Source: Escherichia coli | GTDB lineage: Bacteria; Pseudomonadota; Gammaproteobacteria; Enterobacterales; Enterobacteriaceae | Reading direction: 5' to 3' (one strand) | Assembly (NCBI RefSeq): GCF_003018255.1 | Contig: NZ_CP027440.1 | Length of the DNA: 64,000 nucleotides | Part shown: positions 56,102 to 64,000 of the stretch, piece after piece | Layout: every line of letters begins with the position of its first letter | Position numbering within the stretch: position 1 is the stretch's first letter | Position numbers and translations under genes: made by a program | The notes under the pieces: model-generated | Database searches by the model: none | The model's input: only the letters and a program-made list of their open reading frames with translations | Told to the model about the DNA's origin: nothing

Positions 56102-58546
56102 ATGAAAACGAAAATCCCTGATGCGGTATTGGCTGCTGAGGTGAGTCGCCGTGGTTTGGTAAAAACGACAGCGATCGGCGGCCTGGCAATGGCAAGCAGC
56201 GCGTTAACATTACCTTTTAGTCGGATTGCGCACGCTGTTGATAGTGCCCTTCCGGCAAAATCAGACGAAAAGGTTATCTGGAGCGCCTGTACAGTTAACT
56301 GTGGTAGTCGCTGCCCGCTACGTATGCACGTTGTGGACGGTGAAATTAAATATGTTGAAACGGATAATACCGGCGATGACAACTATGACGGCCTGCACCA
56401 GGTGCGCGCCTGTCTGCGTGGTCGTTCCATGCGTCGCCGTGTCTACAATCCGGACCGCCTGAAATATCCGATGAAACGAGTCGGGGCGCGCGGTGAAGGC
56501 AAATTCGAGCGCATTAGCTGGGAAGAAGCCTACGACATCATCGCGACCAATATGCAGCGCCTGATCAAAGAGTACGGCAACGAGTCTATCTATCTGAACT
56601 ATGGTACCGGAACGCTGGGCGGCACCATGACCCGCTCCTGGCCGCCGGGAAATACCCTGGTCGCTCGCCTGATGAACTGCTGCGGCGGTTATCTGAACCA
56701 TTACGGTGACTACTCTTCCGCGCAAATTGCGGAAGGTTTGAACTATACCTACGGCGGCTGGGCAGATGGTAACAGCCCGTCGGATATCGAAAACAGTAAA
56801 CTGGTAGTGCTGTTTGGTAATAACCCTGGCGAAACGCGAATGAGTGGCGGTGGGGTGACTTACTATCTTGAACAGGCGCGCCAGAAATCTAATGCTCGCA
56901 TGATCATCATCGATCCGCGCTATACCGACACCGGTGCCGGGCGCGAAGATGAGTGGATCCCTATTCGTCCGGGAACAGATGCCGCACTGGTTAACGGTCT
57001 GGCGTATGTCATGATCACCGAAAACCTGGTGGATCAGGCATTCCTCGATAAATATTGCGTTGGCTACGACGAGAAAACACTGCCAGCCAGTGCGCCGAAA
57101 AATGGTCACTATAAAGCTTATATTCTGGGTGAAGGGCCAGATGGCGTGGCTAAAACGCCGGAATGGGCCTCGCAAATCACTGGTGTTCCGGCAGACAAAA
57201 TCATCAAACTGGCTCGTGAAATCGGTAGTACCAAACCGGCGTTTATCAGCCAGGGATGGGGCCCGCAGCGTCACGCTAACGGTGAAATCGCAACCCGTGC
57301 TATCTCGATGCTGGCGATTCTGACCGGTAACGTTGGTATTAACGGAGGCAACAGCGGCGCGCGTGAAGGTTCATACAGCTTACCGTTTGTCCGTATGCCG
57401 ACCCTCGAAAACCCGATCCAGACCAGCATTTCGATGTTTATGTGGACCGATGCCATTGAACGTGGCCCGGAAATGACAGCGCTGCGTGATGGTGTGCGCG
57501 GGAAAGATAAGCTGGATGTGCCGATCAAAATGATCTGGAACTATGCCGGTAACTGCCTGATTAATCAGCATTCTGAAATCAACCGTACCCATGAAATCCT
57601 TCAGGATGATAAGAAGTGCGAGCTGATTGTGGTTATCGACTGCCACATGACCTCATCGGCGAAATATGCTGACATCCTGCTGCCTGACTGCACCGCTTCA
57701 GAACAGATGGACTTTGCACTGGATGCATCCTGCGGGAATATGTCTTACGTGATTTTCAACGATCAGGTGATTAAACCGCGCTTTGAATGTAAGACCATCT
57801 ATGAAATGACCAGCGAACTGGCAAAACGTCTTGGCGTTGAGCAACAGTTTACTGAGGGCCGTACCCAGGAAGAGTGGATGCGGCATCTGTATGCCCAGTC
57901 GCGGGAAGCGATTCCTGAACTGCCAACGTTTGAAGAGTTCCGTAAGCAGGGGATCTTTAAAAAGCGCGACCCACAAGGGCATCACGTTGCTTATAAAGCT
58001 TTCCGTGAAGATCCGCAGGCAAATCCACTGACCACGCCATCGGGGAAAATTGAGATTTATTCGCAGGCGCTGGCTGACATTGCCGCTACCTGGGAATTGC
58101 CAGAAGGTGATGTGATCGATCCACTGCCGATCTACACGCCGGGCTTTGAAAGTTATCAGGATCCGCTGAACAAACAGTATCCGCTGCAGCTTACGGGTTT
58201 CCACTATAAATCTCGCGTTCACTCAACTTACGGCAACGTTGATGTGCTGAAAGCAGCTTGCCGTCAGGAAATGTGGATCAACCCGCTTGATGCGCAAAAA
58301 CGCGGTATCAACAACGGCGATAAAGTCAGGATCTTTAACGATCGTGGTGAGGTTCATATTGAGGCGAAAGTGACGCCACGAATGATGCCGGGTGTGGTCG
58401 CACTGGGTGAAGGTGCCTGGTATGACCCGGATACAAAACGTGTCGATAAGGGCGGTTGTATCAACGTACTGACCACTCAACGTCCGTCTCCTCTCGCTAA
58501 GGGGAATCCGTCACATACAAACCTGGTTCAGGTTGAAAAGGTGTAA
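56102..58546 (+). CDS. dmsA: Anaerobic DMSO reductase catalytic subunit DmsA (molybdopterin, Tat-exported), 814 aa
   Basis: ORF 56102..58546; twin-arginine signal SRRGLVKT; N-terminal Cys cluster CTVNCGSRCPLRMH. Confidence 0.9.
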   Translation: MKTKIPDAVLAAEVSRRGLVKTTAIGGLAMASSALTLPFSRIAHAVDSALPAKSDEKVIWSACTVNCGSRCPLRMHVVDGEIKYVETDNTGDDNYDGLHQVRACLRGRSMRRRVYNPDRLKYPMKRVGARGEGKFERISWEEAYDIIATNMQRLIKEYGNESIYLNYGTGTLGGTMTRSWPPGNTLVARLMNCCGGYLNHYGDYSSAQIAEGLNYTYGGWADGNSPSDIENSKLVVLFGNNPGETRMSGGGVTYYLEQARQKSNARMIIIDPRYTDTGAGREDEWIPIRPGTDAALVNGLAYVMITENLVDQAFLDKYCVGYDEKTLPASAPKNGHYKAYILGEGPDGVAKTPEWASQITGVPADKIIKLAREIGSTKPAFISQGWGPQRHANGEIATRAISMLAILTGNVGINGGNSGAREGSYSLPFVRMPTLENPIQTSISMFMWTDAIERGPEMTALRDGVRGKDKLDVPIKMIWNYAGNCLINQHSEINRTHEILQDDKKCELIVVIDCHMTSSAKYADILLPDCTASEQMDFALDASCGNMSYVIFNDQVIKPRFECKTIYEMTSELAKRLGVEQQFTEGRTQEEWMRHLYAQSREAIPELPTFEEFRKQGIFKKRDPQGHHVAYKAFREDPQANPLTTPSGKIEIYSQALADIAATWELPEGDVIDPLPIYTPGFESYQDPLNKQYPLQLTGFHYKSRVHSTYGNVDVLKAACRQEMWINPLDAQKRGINNGDKVRIFNDRGEVHIEAKVTPRMMPGVVALGEGAWYDPDTKRVDKGGCINVLTTQRPSPLAKGNPSHTNLVQVEKV

Positions 58547-58556
58547 GGAGTAACCG

Positions 58557-59174
58557 ATGACAACCCAGTATGGATTTTTTATTGATTCCAGCCGTTGCAC
58601 CGGTTGCAAAACCTGCGAGCTGGCTTGTAAAGACTACAAAGATTTGACGCCAGAAGTCAGTTTCCGCCGCATTTATGAATATGCTGGCGGCGACTGGCAG
58701 GAAGATAACGGTGTCTGGCACCAGAACGTGTTTGCCTACTATCTGTCGATTTCATGTAACCACTGCGAAGATCCGGCTTGTACTAAAGTCTGCCCGAGCG
58801 GTGCGATGCATAAACGTGAAGATGGTTTTGTTGTGGTCGATGAAGATGTGTGCATTGGCTGCCGTTACTGCCATATGGCTTGCCCGTACGGCGCACCGCA
58901 ATATAACGAAACGAAAGGCCATATGACCAAATGCGATGGTTGTTATGACCGTGTTGCGGAGGGGAAAAAGCCGATCTGTGTTGAATCTTGCCCGCTGCGG
59001 GCGCTGGATTTCGGCCCTATCGACGAGCTGCGTAAAAAACATGGCGATCTGGCGGCCGTTGCGCCGTTGCCGCGAGCTCACTTTACCAAACCGAATATTG
59101 TGATCAAACCCAATGCCAACAGCCGCCCGACCGGGGATACCACTGGCTATCTGGCAAACCCGAAGGAGGTGTGA
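58557..59174 (+). CDS. dmsB: DMSO reductase iron-sulfur subunit DmsB (4x [4Fe-4S]), 205 aa
   Basis: ORF 58557..59174; multiple CxxCxxCxxxCP ferredoxin motifs. Confidence 0.9.
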   Translation: MTTQYGFFIDSSRCTGCKTCELACKDYKDLTPEVSFRRIYEYAGGDWQEDNGVWHQNVFAYYLSISCNHCEDPACTKVCPSGAMHKREDGFVVVDEDVCIGCRYCHMACPYGAPQYNETKGHMTKCDGCYDRVAEGKKPICVESCPLRALDFGPIDELRKKHGDLAAVAPLPRAHFTKPNIVIKPNANSRPTGDTTGYLANPKEV

Positions 59175-59175
59175 G

Positions 59176-60039
59176 ATGGGAAGTGGATGGCATGAATGGC
59201 CGCTGATGATCTTCACGGTCTTCGGGCAATGTGTAGCGGGTGGTTTTATCGTTCTGGCTTTGGCGCTGCTCAAAGGCGACCTGCGAGCAGAAGCCCAGCA
59301 GCGTGTTATTGCCTGCATGTTTGGTTTATGGGTGCTGATGGGCATTGGCTTTATCGCCTCTATGCTTCATCTTGGTTCACCGATGCGCGCCTTTAACTCG
59401 CTCAACCGGGTAGGGGCTTCAGCACTCAGTAACGAAATCGCCAGCGGTTCGATCTTTTTTGCTGTTGGTGGCATCGGCTGGTTGCTGGCAATGCTGAAAA
59501 AGCTGTCACCGGCATTGCGTACGCTGTGGCTGATAGTGACGATGGTTCTTGGCGTCATCTTTGTCTGGATGATGGTGCGTGTGTATAACAGCATTGATAC
59601 CGTTCCGACCTGGTACAGCATCTGGACGCCGATGGGCTTCTTCCTGACGATGTTCATGGGCGGCCCGTTACTGGGTTACCTGTTGCTGAGTCTGGCTGGC
59701 GTCGATGGCTGGGCGATGCGTCTGCTGCCAGCCATTTCTGTACTGGCACTGGTAGTGAGTGGCGTGATGTCAGTGATGCAGGGCGCAGAGCTGGCGACTA
59801 TTCATAGCTCTGTGCAGCAGGCCGCAGCGCTGGTGCCGGACTATGGCGCGCTGATGTCCTGGCGGATCGTGCTTTTGGCTGTTGCCCTGTGCTTGTGGAT
59901 TGCACCACAGCTAAAAGGTTATCAGCCTGCGGTTCCGCTACTTTCTGTATCATTCATTCTGCTTCTGGCAGGGGAATTAATCGGTCGTGGCGTATTCTAT
60001 GGTTTGCATATGACCGTGGGGATGGCTGTCGCAAGTTAA
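59176..60039 (+). CDS. dmsC: DMSO reductase membrane anchor subunit DmsC (287 aa)
   Basis: ORF 59113..60039 trimmed to ATG 59176 after AGGAGG SD; multi-span membrane protein. Confidence 0.85.
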   Translation: MGSGWHEWPLMIFTVFGQCVAGGFIVLALALLKGDLRAEAQQRVIACMFGLWVLMGIGFIASMLHLGSPMRAFNSLNRVGASALSNEIASGSIFFAVGGIGWLLAMLKKLSPALRTLWLIVTMVLGVIFVWMMVRVYNSIDTVPTWYSIWTPMGFFLTMFMGGPLLGYLLLSLAGVDGWAMRLLPAISVLALVVSGVMSVMQGAELATIHSSVQQAAALVPDYGALMSWRIVLLAVALCLWIAPQLKGYQPAVPLLSVSFILLLAGELIGRGVFYGLHMTVGMAVAS

Positions 60040-60045
60040 TCAGTA

Positions 60046-60072
60046 ACAACCGGGGTTTCGGCCCCGGTTCGC
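60046..60072. terminator. Bidirectional intrinsic terminator between convergent dmsC and ycaC (AACCGGGGTTTCGGCCCCGGTT)
   Basis: Palindrome followed by T-rich run. Confidence 0.7.
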
Positions 60073-60074
60073 TT

Positions 60075-60701
60075 TTATTTCTGCTTCGTTAACGTGTCAT
60101 AACTGGTCATCAAGTTACGATAATCAGGAATGTGGTTAGAGAACAACGTCGCCAGTCCTTCAATATCATTACGCCAGTCGCGATGCAGCTCGCATGCCAC
60201 GCCGAACCATGTCATCAATTGCGCACCAGCTTGCGACATGCGATCCCATGCCGAATGCCGGGTAATTTCATTAAAGGTCCCTGACGCGTCAGTCACGACA
60301 AAGACGTCAAACCCTTCTTCAATGGCTGAAAGCGCCGGGAATGCCACGCAAACTTCGGTTACCACACCGGCAATAATTAACTGTTTTTTACCTGTCGCTT
60401 TGACAGCTTTTACAAAATCTTCGTTATCCCAGGCGTTAATATTTCCCGGGCGAGCAATGTAAGGTGCATCGGGGAATTGTGCTTTCAGTTCTGGAACTAA
60501 TGGGCCGTTAGGACCGGTTTCAAAACTGGTGGTAAGAATAGTTGGTAAGTTGAAATACTTAGCCAGGTCACCCAGCGCCAGCACGTTATTTTTAAACTTA
60601 TCGGGTTCGATATCCCGTACAAGGGAAAGTAAACCAGCCTGGTGATCAACAAGCAAAACGGCAGCATCATTTTTATCAAGACGAACATACGGTTTGGTCA
60701 T
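60075..60701 (-). CDS. ycaC: Isochorismatase-family hydrolase YcaC (208 aa)
   Basis: ORF 60075..60800 trimmed to MTKPYVRLDKNDAAVLLVDHQ. Confidence 0.85.
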   Translation of the reverse strand: MTKPYVRLDKNDAAVLLVDHQAGLLSLVRDIEPDKFKNNVLALGDLAKYFNLPTILTTSFETGPNGPLVPELKAQFPDAPYIARPGNINAWDNEDFVKAVKATGKKQLIIAGVVTEVCVAFPALSAIEEGFDVFVVTDASGTFNEITRHSAWDRMSQAGAQLMTWFGVACELHRDWRNDIEGLATLFSNHIPDYRNLMTSYDTLTKQK

Positions 60702-61014
60702 CCTCTTCTCCTTTCGAGAGTCAGTGGTACGTCTAAATCGGTCAGACGCGATGCATTGCTCTGAAAGCATAGACGGGAAATATGAGTTTGCTGTGACCAT
60801 GAAATTTTTCGACTGAACGAAGCGTATGAAATTTGTGTTAGATCAATAAAAACAATCAGATGAGATTAATCGTCTCTTCAGCATTGGCGTTATGAATGAG
60901 TAATATAAATCGATAATACCGCCGCTGCGATATGCGCGTATTTTCACCCATTGACAATGTTTTTGGCGGTGGCATGATGCGCATGAAATTTGAACTTCCT
61001 CACGGTTTTAATTC

Positions 61015-62163
61015 ATGTCCACGTATACCCGGCCTGTCATGCTTTTGCTGTCTGGCCTGCTTTTGTTGACTCTGGCGATCGCAGTGTTAAATACACTCGT
61101 GCCGCTTTGGCTCGCCCAGGAACACATGTCCACATGGCAGGTAGGCGTTGTCAGCTCATCCTATTTTACCGGCAACCTGGTCGGTACATTGCTGACAGGG
61201 TATGTCATTAAACGCATTGGCTTTAACCGCAGCTATTATCTGGCCTCCTTCATTTTTGCCGCTGGCTGTGCCGGCCTTGGCCTGATGATTGGATTCTGGA
61301 GCTGGTTGGCTTGGCGTTTTGTCGCCGGCGTCGGCTGTGCCATGATTTGGGTGGTTGTTGAGAGCGCGCTGATGTGCAGTGGGACGTCACGTAACCGTGG
61401 GCGTTTGCTTGCTGCGTATATGATGGTTTATTACGTGGGAACGTTTTTAGGCCAGTTACTGGTCAGCAAAGTTTCAACCGAGCTGATGTCCGTATTGCCG
61501 TGGGTTACAGGTTTGACGTTGGCAGGGATCTTACCGCTGTTGTTTACGCGTGTGCTGAATCAGCAGGCTGAAAACCATGATGCGACGTCAATTACGTCAA
61601 TGCTAAAACTCCGTCAGGCGCGGCTTGGCGTGAATGGCTGCATTATCTCAGGAATCGTTCTGGGATCTCTATATGGCCTGATGCCGCTGTACCTCAATCA
61701 CAAAGGGGTGAGCAATGCCAGCATTGGTTTCTGGATGGCGGTACTGGTCAGTGCGGGTATCCTTGGACAATGGCCGATCGGACGTCTGGCGGATAAGTTT
61801 GGTCGACTGCTGGTGTTGCGTGTTCAGGTCTTTGTCGTCATTCTCGGCAGTATCGCGATGCTTAGCCAGGCGGCGATGGCCCCAGCGTTATTCATCCTCG
61901 GTGCCGCTGGCTTTACGCTATATCCGGTGGCGATGGCCTGGGCTTGTGAGAAAGTTGAACATCATCAACTGGTGGCGATGAACCAGGCCTTACTGTTGAG
62001 CTATACCGTGGGAAGTCTGCTTGGCCCGTCATTTACCGCTATGCTAATGCAGAATTTCTCCGATAATTTATTGTTTATCATGATCGCCAGCGTATCGTTT
62101 ATCTATTTGCTGATGCTGCTTCGCAACGCCGGTCATACGCCGAAACCCGTTGCTCACGTGTAA
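61015..62163 (+). CDS. ycaD: MFS transporter YcaD (382 aa)
   Basis: ORF 61015..62163; 12-TM-type translation. Confidence 0.85.
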   Translation: MSTYTRPVMLLLSGLLLLTLAIAVLNTLVPLWLAQEHMSTWQVGVVSSSYFTGNLVGTLLTGYVIKRIGFNRSYYLASFIFAAGCAGLGLMIGFWSWLAWRFVAGVGCAMIWVVVESALMCSGTSRNRGRLLAAYMMVYYVGTFLGQLLVSKVSTELMSVLPWVTGLTLAGILPLLFTRVLNQQAENHDATSITSMLKLRQARLGVNGCIISGIVLGSLYGLMPLYLNHKGVSNASIGFWMAVLVSAGILGQWPIGRLADKFGRLLVLRVQVFVVILGSIAMLSQAAMAPALFILGAAGFTLYPVAMAWACEKVEHHQLVAMNQALLLSYTVGSLLGPSFTAMLMQNFSDNLLFIMIASVSFIYLLMLLRNAGHTPKPVAHV

Positions 62164-62172
62164 ATGAATTCA

Positions 62173-62212
62173 AGCAGAGTGTGAACTTACTGTTTCACAC
62201 TCTGCTTTTTTG
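62173..62212 (+). terminator. Intrinsic terminator of ycaD (AGCAGAGTGTGAA...TTCACACTCTGCT + T6)
   Basis: 13-bp perfect stem followed by TTTTTTG. Confidence 0.8.
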
Positions 62213-62372
62213 TTTCTTCTATCTGACTTGCTTTATTCCAAATTTTATTCGTTTAAAAATAAAATGTGCAGCAGGTTATAATTTTGCATTTCGCTATTTC
62301 CGCACTTCTTATTTGCCGCGCATAATCCCTCGTTTTACAGATGCCCCTTTAATTTTGGCGAAGGATTTGTCT

Positions 62373-63803
62373 ATGGCTGGGAATGTTCAGGAAAAACAGC
62401 TGCGATGGTACAACATTGCGCTGATGTCTTTTATCACTGTCTGGGGTTTTGGCAACGTTGTTAATAACTACGCCAACCAGGGGCTGGTGGTTGTTTTTTC
62501 ATGGGTGTTTATCTTTGCGCTCTATTTCACACCTTATGCGCTAATTGTTGGTCAGTTAGGCTCGACCTTCAAAGATGGGAAGGGCGGGGTCAGTACCTGG
62601 ATTAAACACACGATGGGACCCGGACTGGCTTACCTCGCCGCGTGGACCTACTGGGTAGTGCATATTCCCTATCTGGCACAAAAACCCCAGGCAATACTGA
62701 TTGCGCTCGGTTGGGCGATGAAAGGCGACGGTTCGTTAATCAAAGAATATTCAGTCGTAGCGTTACAGGGGTTAACGCTGGTGCTGTTTATCTTCTTTAT
62801 GTGGGTTGCTTCACGCGGTATGAAATCGCTGAAAATCGTCGGTTCTGTGGCAGGGATTGCGATGTTTGTTATGTCGCTCCTGTATGTGGCGATGGCGGTA
62901 ACCGCGCCTGCAATTACTGAAGTGCATATTGCGACCACAAACATTACCTGGGAAACGTTCATTCCTCATATCGACTTTACCTACATTACCACTATTTCAA
63001 TGCTGGTTTTCGCGGTTGGCGGAGCAGAGAAGATTTCTCCTTACGTTAATCAAACGCGCAACCCAGGAAAAGAATTTCCAAAAGGGATGTTATGCCTGGC
63101 GGTGATGGTTGCGGTTTGTGCCATTCTGGGTTCACTGGCGATGGGGATGATGTTTGACTCGCGTAATATCCCGGATGACTTAATGACTAACGGTCAGTAT
63201 TACGCCTTTCAGAAGCTGGGCGAGTATTACAACATGGGTAATACTTTAATGGTGATTTACGCCATTGCGAATACCCTGGGACAAGTAGCTGCGCTGGTAT
63301 TCTCGATTGATGCCCCGCTTAAAGTGCTATTAGGCGATGCTGACAGCAAATATATTCCAGCCAGTTTATGTCGTACCAACGCTTCTGGTACGCCCGTTAA
63401 TGGCTATTTTCTGACCCTGGTGCTGGTGGCGATCCTGATAATGCTACCGACTCTCGGCATTGGTGATATGAACAATCTCTATAAATGGCTGTTGAATCTT
63501 AACTCGGTAGTGATGCCGCTGCGTTATTTATGGGTATTTGTTGCATTTATTGCAGTTGTTCGCCTGGCGCAGAAATATAAGCCGGAATATGTCTTTATTC
63601 GTAATAAGCCGCTGGCAATGACCGTCGGAATTTGGTGTTTTGCCTTTACCGCTTTTGCCTGCCTGACTGGTATTTTCCCGAAAATGGAAGCCTTCACCGC
63701 AGAGTGGACATTCCAGTTGGCGCTGAATGTTGCAACGCCGTTTGTGCTGGTAGGATTAGGGCTGATATTCCCGCTGCTGGCGCGTAAAGCGAATAGCAAA
63801 TAA
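62373..63803 (+). CDS. ycaM: APC-family amino acid transporter YcaM (476 aa)
   Basis: ORF 62181..63803 trimmed to ATG 62373 (MAGNVQEKQLRWYNIALMSF); multi-span permease. Confidence 0.8.
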   Translation: MAGNVQEKQLRWYNIALMSFITVWGFGNVVNNYANQGLVVVFSWVFIFALYFTPYALIVGQLGSTFKDGKGGVSTWIKHTMGPGLAYLAAWTYWVVHIPYLAQKPQAILIALGWAMKGDGSLIKEYSVVALQGLTLVLFIFFMWVASRGMKSLKIVGSVAGIAMFVMSLLYVAMAVTAPAITEVHIATTNITWETFIPHIDFTYITTISMLVFAVGGAEKISPYVNQTRNPGKEFPKGMLCLAVMVAVCAILGSLAMGMMFDSRNIPDDLMTNGQYYAFQKLGEYYNMGNTLMVIYAIANTLGQVAALVFSIDAPLKVLLGDADSKYIPASLCRTNASGTPVNGYFLTLVLVAILIMLPTLGIGDMNNLYKWLLNLNSVVMPLRYLWVFVAFIAVVRLAQKYKPEYVFIRNKPLAMTVGIWCFAFTAFACLTGIFPKMEAFTAEWTFQLALNVATPFVLVGLGLIFPLLARKANSK

Positions 63804-63970
63804 TTATTGTGGTCGGTGACGCTGACTCTGGCAGATCTGACCCGTTTTTACATAATCGAGAAATGCGCGCAAGCCGCAGGACATATACTGGCGGTTTGGG
63901 TAATACATTTGGAAGCTGTGCTGTAAGGGCGTTAGAAATAGAGCTCTGAATTATTTATGCAGCGCGGAAT

Positions 63971-64000
63971 AAAAAAGCGGCAACTCAAAAAAGTTGCCGC
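63971..64000. terminator. Hairpin GCGGCAACT-CAAAAA-AGTTGCCGC at window edge; T-run on minus strand suggests terminator for a minus-strand gene lying beyond the window
   Basis: Inverted repeat with A6 before and (on minus strand) T6 after; truncated by window end. Confidence 0.5.

Noticed and set aside
56318-57274. 318-aa antisense ORF inside dmsA, and similar antisense ORFs in clpA (39485..40318), hcp (27531..28160), artP (17943..18593), potG (10691..11179), serS (54546..55085)
   Set aside because: All lie fully inside and opposite to recognised conserved genes; no independent support.

Overview
This 64-kb window is a gene-dense core chromosomal segment of an Escherichia coli-type genome. 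Gene order and protein lengths are collinear with the E. coli K-12 stretch running from the 3' end of mdfA through ybjH, the pot and art operons, hcp-hcr, aqpZ, macAB, clpSA, serW, infA, cydDC, trxB, lrp, ftsK, lolA, serS and dmsABC to ycaM. I can support about 58 protein-coding genes, one tRNA (tRNA-Ser, serW), one small RNA (RybB), two REP elements and a set of intrinsic terminators and promoter or operator sites. Every long ORF in the six-frame track is either a recognised housekeeping gene or an antisense or alternate-frame artefact. I see no integrase, transposase, CRISPR array, phage or plasmid cargo, so I do not claim a novel system here. The items most worth a second look are: (1) a tandem array of about 180-bp units fused to the 3' side of serW, each unit repeating the last ~19 nt of the tRNA plus a terminator hairpin; (2) ybjD, a stand-alone OLD-family ATPase/TOPRIM nuclease of unknown function; (3) strain-variable tandem repeats inside the FtsK linker; (4) a structured 320-bp spacer between aqpZ and ybjE (lysO). 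Gene identities rest on reading the translations and on recalled knowledge of this locus; no database search or alignment was run. Start codons were trimmed from the ORF track to match remembered N-termini and nearby Shine-Dalgarno sequences, so they may be off by a few codons.
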